Below, one piece after another: positions 53,411-64,000 of a DNA stretch of 64,000 bases. The notes beneath the pieces were generated by a model, which saw only the letters and a program-made list of their open reading frames with translations, had not been told where the DNA came from and searched no databases. The DNA is taken from NCBI GenBank assembly GCA_951406725.2, contig OX597818.1, positions 79,856,001 to 79,920,000 on the forward strand, written 5' to 3'. The stretch comes from Octopus vulgaris. Lineage: Eukaryota. The position numbers and the translations under genes are program-made. Within the stretch, counting starts at the first letter, position 1, and each line of letters begins with the position of its first letter.

Positions 53411-54165
53411 TGCACATTGCTGTGACGCACGTTCATATAAAGTTGTACACAAGCACACACATACACACACACACTCAACACGCAAAATCACAATCATAAA
53501 CTCGTACAGTCACACACATACATATACGCATACATAAATATACACTACATAATGTATGGGTGACATACGTTCACATATTCACACACGCACTATCATTCAT
53601 ATACACATACACATACACACAATCATACATACACACGTACACACATGCAGTCACACACTGCATACATACACATGCACACACATATACGCTGCATTTTGCG
53701 TATGACACTTGTTTACACATTAATATATGCATACCACTCAGACACAAAAATATACATACTTACACACAGAAGCACACATTGTTATACACTCATACACATA
53801 TACATACAGTCATACACATACACGCACCGCATATTGTGTATGATATACATCCACACACAATCACAGACACACACACACACACACTACACACACAAGCATA
53901 CAGTGTCAATCACACACATACAGTCAATCACACACAGAAAATGATACTCATACATACACTGACATCCACCACACACAATCACACAAACCTACACATTACA
54001 CACACACACCACGCACACATCAAATACACTGATACACATCGCACAATCACACACACACACACACGCACACACACGCACACACACAACACGATTTACACTC
54101 AAGCACACGTATTACACAATCACATAATCACATACTTAACATACGTATACAAAATCAAACACATT
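52785..54165. repeat. Degenerate (CA)/(CATA) low-complexity tract
   Basis: About 1.4 kb of G-poor, CA-rich sequence. Confidence 0.9.
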
Positions 54166-54568
54166 ACTTTTCTTATTTTTTGTTGCCTTTCTATGATAAT
54201 AATAACGATGATAACGTACTAATTACTGCTATAACCACCACCACCAACACCACAACCACAGACTGCTGTTGATGCTGCTGCTACTACAACTACTAATGTT
54301 ACTAACACTTTTTTCTTTTAATTATATTTTGGTTCAGTTCATTAAACTTAATTTTTTCTTAATGTCATATTGGTTAATACAGATCTTATCATTCAAAAAC
54401 CCTCTTTTATCTCTCTCTATGTACTAATCTATCTGTATATCTATCTATATATCTATCTATCAATCTATCTATCTATATACTTATCCATCTATCTATCTAT
54501 CTATCTATATATATATATATATATCTTTCTATCTATCTGTCTATCTATTTATTTCTCTATTCATCTAT

Positions 54569-54616
<48 letters not shown>

Positions 54617-54661
54617 TTCTCTATTTATCTCCCTGTCTATCCATCTATCTATCTATCTATA

Positions 54662-54720
<59 letters not shown>

Positions 54721-54792
54721 TTATTTCTCTGTCTATTTATCTGTTTGTTCCTGTATCAGTTTCACTGTTTCTCTATCTTTTCCTATATATGC

Positions 54793-54844
<52 letters not shown>

Positions 54845-54923
54845 ACGTATATAGTGTGTCTGTATGTAATACGTACGTATGAATGTATATATGTATACAC
54901 TCAGACACACACAAACTTATACA

Positions 54924-54965
<42 letters not shown>

Positions 54966-55172
54966 TACAGGTATCCCATCTCACAGAACTCAGACAGCTT
55001 CAAACACATTTTTATGTGTATGCTTATGAGTTTGAGTGCGCGTGTATGTGTGTGTATGTACATTATACCATATTATATAAATGTATGTGTGTATGTATGT
55101 GCAGACAAATGTTCACACGCAATTATAAAATTACACATAACTACATACTTGATTATATATCTATACACACAC

Positions 55173-55263
<91 letters not shown>

Positions 55264-55278
55264 TATAGATAGATATAT

Positions 55279-55335
<57 letters not shown>

Positions 55336-55427
55336 GGGCTTAGTAATTCGCCTTAAATGGTCCTTTTACATACTGAACACTACTTGGTGAAATTGATTAA
55401 TAACTAATTAATTTTACCCTCAATTGT

Positions 55428-55469
<42 letters not shown>

Positions 55470-55653
55470 CCGAAATATGCATTCACTGACCTTTGCACGC
55501 GTAGTATGTTTTTTTAGTGCTTATATTTGTTTATGGAGTTGTATAGCCTAGACACGCGCTGAGGCACGTACTCACACGCGTGCACACATATGTATATATG
55601 TATATGTGTATATGAATTTATATGTCAATATGTACATACATATATAAACCCTT

Positions 55654-55728
<75 letters not shown>

Positions 55729-55799
55729 CCTTTTAGGCGGTGCTCCAGCATGGGTGCTGTCAAATAACTGAAATCTTTAAAGAAGAATATGAATACATA

Positions 55800-56079
55800 T
55801 TTCAAGCCTAGCTAGGTTTCCCAGTTTCTGTGGCATATGTGTTTCCCCCAGCTGGACGGGACGCCAGTCCATCGCAGTATTACCCAAGAAACAGGAAGAA
55901 AGAGTGAGAGAAAGTTGGGGCGAAAGAGTACAACAGGGGTCGCCACCACCCCCTGCCGGAACCTCGTGGAGCTTTAGGTGTTTTCGCTCAATAGACACAC
56001 ACAACGCCTGATCTGGAAATCGAAACCGAGATCCTCAGACCGCGAATCCGCTGCCCTAATCACTGGGCCATTGCGCCTG

Positions 56080-56081
<2 letters not shown>
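55800..56081 (-). mobile_element. SINE family B head with an alternative tail
   Basis: The head matches 4046-4233, but the 3' part differs from the 4046 and 19784 copies. Confidence 0.8.
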
Positions 56082-56132
<51 letters not shown>

Positions 56133-56276
56133 TATGTATGTATGTATGTATGTATGTATGTATGTATGTATGTATGTATGTATGTATGTATGTATGTATA
56201 GGTGTGTGTGTGTACATACATACGCATATGAATCTACCTAACTATCTATCTGTCTACATCTATCTATATAGATAGA

Positions 56277-56315
<39 letters not shown>

Positions 56316-56784
56316 ATGAATTCTTGCAAAATCATGAACGACAACTGTATAATGCACACCTGTGACATAATAGTAGAGCATCTATTACATAATAATTCCT
56401 AAAGATGTCGTGAGCTTAAGATTACCGCTCAATCCTAACACTGACATAAAGGCCAGTAAGATGATTATGCATACATACACACATGCATATATGTAGAGTG
56501 TGTGTGCATATGTGTGTATGTATGCGTGCATACGTATGTATGACAACTTAAATGATGGAAAACGATGTTGCTCTAAAGTTAGCATAGTAACCAAAAGCTG
56601 CTATCATTTCTTTAGTCTTCTGTATTGTCATCATTAACGCTTCAGTGCCGTATCATGGCCATTGTCATGGGTCATTTTACTGCTTCAGGTCACTCATGTA
56701 TATAGAGTTAGTTAGAAGAATAGATACATACATGAATACATACATATTTACATACAGACATGCATACATACATACATACATACA

Positions 56785-56815
<31 letters not shown>

Positions 56816-56938
56816 GTATTAACCAAAACCTGGATTATATCACTTCTACTAAGGTATCTGTCCGTATTCCAAATCCCTATTCTTTAACGTATTATCTATC
56901 TATCTATTTATATACATATATATATATATATATATAAA

Positions 56939-56987
<49 letters not shown>

Positions 56988-57034
56988 TATATAAATACAC
57001 ACACATACATACGCATATTAATCTTTTATTTCAT

Positions 57035-57441
57035 TCTTTTATTCTTTTGCATGTTCCAGTCATTTGACTGTGGCCATGCTGGAGCACCACCTTTAGTCGG
57101 GCAAATCGACACCAGGACTTATTCTTTGTAAGCCTTGTACTTATTCTATCGGTCTCACTTGCCGGACCTGTTAGTTACGGGGACGTAAACACACCAACAT
57201 CGGTTGTCAAGCGATTGTGGGGGGACAAACAGACACAAACATATATAGACACACATACACACACATACACACATATTTATATACGAAGGACTTCTTCCAG
57301 TTTCCATCTACCAAATCCACTCACAAGGCTTTGGTCGGTCCAAGGCTATAGCAGACGACACTTACCCAAGGTGCCACGCAATGGGACTGAACCCGGAACC
57401 ATGTGGTTGGTAAGCATGCTACTTACCACACAGCCACTCCA
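57035..57441 (-). mobile_element. SINE family A, full length
   Basis: Colinear reverse complement of 45905-46358. Confidence 0.9.
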
Positions 57442-57525
57442 TGTACATATATACATATATATATATATATATTTATATGTGTTTGTGTGTATGTGTGTGT
57501 GTGTGTGTATCTGTATGTATGTATG

Positions 57526-57584
<59 letters not shown>

Positions 57585-57882
57585 CAAAATGGGACAAGAA
57601 TGCAAAACATCCAGATAGACGATGCAAAGAAAACAATGACGGGTCATTCGGAGTTTTCTTTCCTCAGTCGAGTTCCAGATTATCTTCGCAATTTCGGCTG
57701 CACTCACACACATAAGTACCAGTTGAACACTGGGCTTGGTGTAATCAACTTATCCCCTTCACCGAAATTGATGGACTAGTGCCAAAATTTGAAATAAATT
57801 TATATAAATAAGGATAAGATCGTTATTTAAATATCGAACTTATCAAGTGGGCCAGCATGGGAATAAAAACCTTCAGAGGTAA

Positions 57883-57968
<86 letters not shown>

Positions 57969-58148
57969 TATTAATACGATATGAGTTAAAAACTTATAGT
58001 GTGCCTTCCAATGTTCCGTGTATCGGCTACTAAGTGTTATCATGCAGTAGAATTTCTGTTACCGGACAAAAATGTGGAAATCCGCAAATATCGATAGAGT
58101 ACATGCAAAAAAAAAAAATGTTAATACCAGAAGACGGATTGAACAAGT

Positions 58149-58342
58149 TTTATTACAAATCACTACAATTGTTTCAACGCCTCATTATCAGGTGTTAACT
58201 GCTGGTTGTTACGTATAGCTTACGCGCATGTATACAGTTGAGGTTGAATCATATTAATGCAATAATGTGTATAATATATTCAACATTCAACAATTAACAG
58301 CTGATAATGATGCATGAAACAATTATGATGATTTGTAATAAA
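58149..58342. mobile_element. Fold-back element with mirrored minimal hammerheads
   Basis: 58149-58200 mirrors 58292-58342. Minus strand CAC-CTGATAA-tgaggcgtt-GAAAC-AATT-GTA-GTG, with palindrome ACAATTGT. Confidence 0.7.
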
Positions 58343-58415
58343 TGCATATGTCAATGTATAGATAGATAAATAGATAAATAGATAGATAGATAGATAGATA
58401 GATATATAGATAGAC

Positions 58416-58454
<39 letters not shown>

Positions 58455-58517
58455 CAGAGAGATAGATAGATACAAACATACATGCAAACACATATGTATT
58501 TACGCATATCCATATGT

Positions 58518-58592
<75 letters not shown>

Positions 58593-58597
<5 letters not shown>

Positions 58598-58749
58598 AGG
58601 TTTGGAGATGATGTACAGGTATTTTATATTAGAAGAAATGAGGTACTCAGAAAATCGGATGGTGTATATTTACAGATATTTATTATATACAAATAAATAT
58701 CTGTAATATAAACCATCCGATTTTCTGAGTACCTCATTTCTTCTAATAT
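58593..58749. repeat. Fold-back mini-element in (TA)n without an HHR core
   Basis: 58626-58684 mirrors 58692-58749. The left arm has about 33 nt of extra tail. Confidence 0.85.
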
Positions 58750-58764
58750 GTATATATATATATG

Positions 58765-58841
<77 letters not shown>

Positions 58842-59116
58842 TCGTGTGAGAGTGGAAAGAGAGAGAGAGATAGAGTGAGTGAGAGAGAGAGAAAACTCGA
58901 TTCCTTAAGATATTTCCTATTGCATTAACACTTTTTCGCTCTTCTAGTGAAAGAAAGTCACTACCGAACACCTCCGCGTACGCATAAACAAATGAACATA
59001 GTAATAAGCAATTACAAATATATGCATTATGTATATGCATATATTTATTAATATGTTAAAGAAATTGTATGTTCATTTTTACTGGCACAAACAGACAGAC
59101 AGAAGCATAGATAGAC

Positions 59117-59209
<93 letters not shown>

Positions 59210-59270
59210 TAGATAGATAGATGGATAGAACATTTACATAAATGATAACAGGGGAAATTATATGCATGTG

Positions 59271-59320
<50 letters not shown>

Positions 59321-59392
59321 AATGTCTGTATATATATGCATATGTATGTATGTATATATATGCATATATATATATGTATTTATATGCATATT

Positions 59393-59444
<52 letters not shown>

Positions 59445-59454
59445 AGACTACCCA

Positions 59455-60880
59455 ATAGTTAAAGGTTCCTGAAAAAAACGTGTATCTCGGGAAACCGTGT
59501 TTCGATTTACGCGAAACTTCTGTTATTCTGTGTGTATTCACATTTCAATGGTATCTTACTTTCAAAACATTTCCCCCATTATACGCCGGTTTGTTTATTC
59601 GTAAAGGTACCCGAAAAAACCGCGTATCTCAGTAAGCTGTGGTCCAATTTACGCGAAACTTGTTTTATTCCGTTTGTATTCACATGAGCATCCGATTCAT
59701 GACGTCTCTCCTTTTGTATCTTTGCCTTTGTTTCGTCAGACTCTCAGCTTTCCGATCTCTCCTGCTTCTATCCCTTTCCTTCTGTTCCATCAGACGCTCA
59801 TCCTTCGCTTTATCAGTCACATCGAGCCTTCTATTCGCATGCTTGTCCCGATCTTCGGTAAATATTTTGTAAAGGACCCATTCGTACTTCGGTGTGAAAT
59901 AATTTTTTCCACAGGTTTTCTCGAGTGCGTTCAACGTATCTCACCTCCAAACCCAGCGCAAGCCACTTACTTTCGGAAAAGAAAGGGGGGGAGGGTGATG
60001 GGAACCTCGGAGTTTTCCGGGAAACTCTAAGTTTCCCACCAATGGAGTTTTGTTTCGTGGGGTTTTTTCTTCTTTCCCAAGTTATTTCCCATGCTTTCAA
60101 CGAATGTGCCATCGAAATCACGCGAAAAGGAAAGATTTGGCTGCTATCTCTTGCACGCCCTTCTACCACGTAACAGCTATTTCGGGTCTTTTATTGCTAA
60201 TAGCTGTTAGGAGATAGAAAAACGTTCTAGATATAGCAGCCAAATCTTTGGAGGTGAGATACGTTGAACACACTCGAAAAAATCCTTTGGAAAAAAATTA
60301 TTTCACACCGAGGTTACGAACGGGTCTTTTACGAAATATTTACCGTATTTTTAAGGTCATTTTCACTTTAAAATGTTTTTTAAATATGCCAAACAAACTT
60401 TTGTAATGGTATTCACCTGAAAATAATTATTTAAAAAATTAAAATATTGTCTGTTTAAAGAAAGCTAAAATATAAATACTTACTCTACAAAAAACTTCTC
60501 TTTTTAAATCACATTCACTTAAAAATATTTCTAAATGAATAAAATTTTGTGTTTATGAAAAGCGAAGATAGAAACATTTACTGTAAAAACTGCTCGTATT
60601 TTCTTGTTGGCAAGTTAAAGTTACTAAGACTTTTGCTCATCATAATGTGTCTAATCGAAAGGTTAGATTTTCTTCTCTTTCAGGGTTAGATTATTTTCGG
60701 AGTATTTTCCCATTATACACCGTTTTAGGTATTTATCCCACACACCCTATATCTCAAGAACCAGTGATCCGATTTACGCGAAACTTGTTTTATTCCGTTT
60801 GTATTCACAGTTCAGGGTCATTTTACTTTTGAAGTATTTTATTATTATGCGCCGGTTTGGCTGTGTAACATTCCAAGCAA
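59455..60880. mobile_element. Possible Helitron/Helentron-like element with internal direct repeats, interrupted by an inverted-repeat insert
   Basis: The motif atttacgcgaaactt(g/c)t(t/g)ttattc(c/t)gt(t/g)tgtattcaca occurs near 59505, 59648 and 60772. The minus-strand peptide ERLMEQKERDRSRR resembles charged repeats of Helitron proteins. Confidence 0.4.
59856..60345. repeat. Nested inverted-repeat element
   Basis: 59856-59951 mirrors 60247-60345. Inner hairpins at 59999-60038, 60131-60249 and 60171-60209. Confidence 0.85.
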
Positions 60881-60910
60881 GCAAGATTGAAGTTCATTTT
60901 TAATATTTTT

Positions 60911-60964
<54 letters not shown>

Positions 60965-60988
60965 TGTATATATATATATATATAATAT

Positions 60989-61038
60989 GGTCGTAGGTTT
61001 CGCGTCTATTATGCTCTTAGGCGATTCATCAGACATGC
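60989..61038 (-). ncRNA. Hammerhead-like motif truncated at (TA)n
   Basis: Minus strand CTGATGA-at-CGCCTA..TAGACG-CGAAAC-CTA. The 3' side of stems III and I is not intact. Confidence 0.5.
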
Positions 61039-61504
61039 AAACCGGGGGCACAGAACCACTTTACTGATGGAGATTAGAAACAGCCTTGGTTAGACAAGGA
61101 AAAAAGAAAAATCCTGAAACGATATTCTTCGAAGTGAAATCCCCTTTTGGGTGAGATAATTTTATCTCTCTTGACTGGTTCCAGTTTTGTCTGAAAAGGG
61201 TCAGATTATGTATGATTTCCATTCACTAGTTAGTAAGCGGAGAATAACATGTTCTCAATACGAATTTTCTCTCACAATGGCACTGACTGAACGTTTCACT
61301 TCTGGAACTTTTAACATGGCTACTCAAAAAGTATTTTTCGTGTGTTCTTTTTTTCGGACTTACGAACAACTCAGCGATGTTATATCTGTGTATGAGTGCG
61401 CACGCGATGCGTGTGTGTGTATATGTGGTGTAGGTATGCATGTGTATATATATATGTGTGTGTATATGTATATCTATGTATGTATATTCTGTTATTCTAA
61501 CACT

Positions 61505-61701
61505 TTTTCGGTCATTTGACTGCGGCCATGCTGGAGCGCCTCACAGGGATTTTAATCTCAGAAATCGACTATCTTGCTGACCAACGATATGATTCTGTGT
61601 ACAGACCCACTGCACGGCATCTTGGTCAGATGTCTTCTACTCTAGCTTCGGGCTGACCAAAGATTTGTGAATGGATTTGGTAGATGGGAACTCAAAGAAG
61701 C

Positions 61702-61752
<51 letters not shown>

Positions 61753-61950
61753 TTATGTTTGTGTATCTTTGTGTCTGAGTTTGTCCCCCAACCATCGCTT
61801 GACGCCCGATGTTGGTTTGTTTACGTCCTTGTATCATAGCGGTTCGGCCAAAGACACCGATAGGATAAGTAGAAGGCTTACAAAGAATAAGTCCTGGGTT
61901 CGATTTCTGAGACTAAAAACTCTTTGTGGCCCTCCATTATGGCTGCAGTC
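61505..61950 (+). mobile_element. SINE family A (plus strand) preceded by an inverted tail fragment
   Basis: 61605-61950 is colinear with the reference copy; 61505-61570 is a reverse-complement tail. Confidence 0.8.
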
Positions 61951-62225
61951 ATGTGTGTATGTATGTATGTATCTGTTATTTCACAATGTAATGAGAAATC
62001 TAAAGTTACAACATCTGTATTATTGGTTCAGATTTCAACTAATAATTATCAAAAGAATTGGTTAAATGACTAGCTACCTCGATATCAACAATCTTGAGAA
62101 TCTATATATATATAATCCTGTAAATCTTCACATACATATCTATACATACATACATACATACATACATACATACATACATACATACATACATACATACATA
62201 CATACATACATACATACATACATAC

Positions 62226-62660
62226 ACTGGGTTGGTAAAAAAGTTTGTAGCATTTTCAAATAAAATCCATTAACAATATTTAGACAGTTGTACATACTTT
62301 TACCGAACCACATACTTAACATGTTTTGTTCCACTACTTTTCGCTACATTTGAGGCAGCTTCGTGATACCATCCTCCCAGAACTTGGCATCTTTCTGGGT
62401 CATGAGCTGATCTAAGTAGTTTTTACACTCTTTTCAAGAAAATCAATTTCTTCTCATTAAGAGCATTTTGTAGGGATCGGAATAAATGATAATCCGAAGA
62501 TGCAAGGTCAGGTGAGCACGGTGAGTAAATTAAGACATCCCATCCAAGCTCCACCAATTTTTGCCTGGTCTGCAAAGAAACTTGCGGTCTTGCGTTGTCC
62601 TGATGTAAGATGACAACCTTTCGGTTGGCCAATTCTGGACGTTTTTCATCAATTGCCTCC
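62226..62660 (-). mobile_element. Mariner (DD34D) 3' fragment with TIR
   Basis: HQDNARP..LGWDVL..SPDLASSDYHLF with 34 residues between the second and third D. Terminus ctgggttggtaaaaaagtt. Confidence 0.9.
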
Positions 62661-62764
62661 GTTAATCAGGCTAATTGAGAAGATTAATTGTCTGAATTTA
62701 ATAGTCTGATTTATATATATGATAGACTCTCCCATCGTCAGACGACGTATGAGCGTTCTACAAT

Positions 62765-62966
62765 TTCTTACCGAACAACCAAAAAGATGATCCATCAGAT
62801 CGATACTATATGTACTGGTGTAACAGGTGTTACATGTCAGATGTCGAAATGATTTCAGAGCAACGTGAAATGAAGTGCTTTGCTCAAGAACACAACGCAA
62901 CGCCTGGTCTGGGAATCGAACCCACGATGGCGCAATCGTGAGTACAACACCTTAACCACTAAGCCA
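62765..62966 (-). mobile_element. tRNA-derived SINE (family D-like)
   Basis: gagcaacgtgaaatgaagtgctttgctcaagaacacaacgca..ggaatcgaaccc..taaccactaagcca. Confidence 0.75.
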
Positions 62967-62969
62967 AGC

Positions 62970-63086
<117 letters not shown>

Positions 63087-63126
63087 GTATATTGCATAGT
63101 ATATATAAGCATACATGTATAGTATA

Positions 63127-63171
<45 letters not shown>

Positions 63172-63490
63172 TTAGTATATGCATGCGTGCTCGTATATCA
63201 CCTTATAGCTTCGTGAGAGCTTCAAAAATGTATGTATGTGTGTGTATGTATGTGTGTGTGTATGTGTGTGTGTGTGTGTGTGCGTGTGTGTTTATGCACA
63301 GGGAAAATTGGACTTATTGTTTATGGAAGATGAATGGCCACGAGTCCTTTATTTGCTAGACTTGCCAACATGATTCCGAGTCGCATTTGTTCATTGCATA
63401 ATGTCTAAGTTCACTTAAATATAATGAAGTGATCCCAGTTCACTCAGGAATCTTCATCACTTTATAATCCATCAAGCGCTCCTGTCTCGA

Positions 63491-63700
63491 AGGAGCGTGA
63501 CCTAGTGGACAGCGTATTGCACTCGCGATCTTATGATCGTGATTTCGATTCCTAGACCGGGCGATCTGTTGCATTCTTGCGCAAAAACATTTCATTTCGA
63601 AATGATTCTGTTGAGCATGCGGCGGACAAGTGTCCTATTCAGAGCGCAATCAATTGCACATTATAGAAACCGGGTAAATGACTCCTAGGTCTTATGTCTC
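63491..63700 (+). mobile_element. Diverged tRNA-derived SINE
   Basis: A-box-like gtgacctagtggacagc and B-box tttcgattcct. Confidence 0.65.
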
Positions 63701-64000
63701 CTAGCCCTTACGGCTCCAAGGGCTCATGAGAGACCAAATCGTCACTATCGGGATACGTACAGAGTCTGGTGCTGTGTTTTCGTCTAAATCTCGTGACATC
63801 CCAGAAACTACCAGGAAAAAAAAAACGAACAATGGTTTTGGACTGTCATTGAGTAACTTGTCTATGTTCTCAGTCCATAGATTTTGGGGCTCATTTCTAT
63901 ATATAGAACTGGACAAGCCTTTATACTCACATTCAAGCATACAAACACGCACATCTGCTTACATTTATACACATGCATGTACACATGCATACAATATACA

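Noticed and set aside
63701-63952. 83-aa minus-strand ORF with a possible 47-nt exon (about 63761-63807)
   Set aside because: A polypyrimidine-AG and GTACGT are present, but there is no recognisable protein and no partner exon.

Overview
Eukaryotic, AT-rich and microsatellite-saturated window with very little coding sequence. The SINE families and the (TA)n/(CA)n/(TAGA)n/(TACA)n load suggest an octopus or other coleoid cephalopod (inference, not verified). Almost all ORFs in the supplied track are microsatellite artefacts. Supported content: several tRNA-derived SINE families in many copies, 3' fragments of CR1/Jockey-group and RTE LINEs, decayed mariner (DD34D) and maT (DD37D) transposons and MITEs, a Helitron-like element, and one plausible signal-peptide first coding exon (52572-52677). 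The most striking signal is about 20 type I hammerhead-ribozyme (HHR) motifs or half-motifs, from intact to degenerate, in many unrelated short non-coding elements. Most sit in (TA)n tracts, many form head-to-head fold-back palindromes, and several families have their own self-complementary stem III. This resembles Penelope-like element (PLE) termini reduced to ribozyme-bearing mini-hairpins. Two abutting giant palindromes (15505-17040) may be real or an assembly artefact. All structures were read by eye, and repeat coordinates are approximate.
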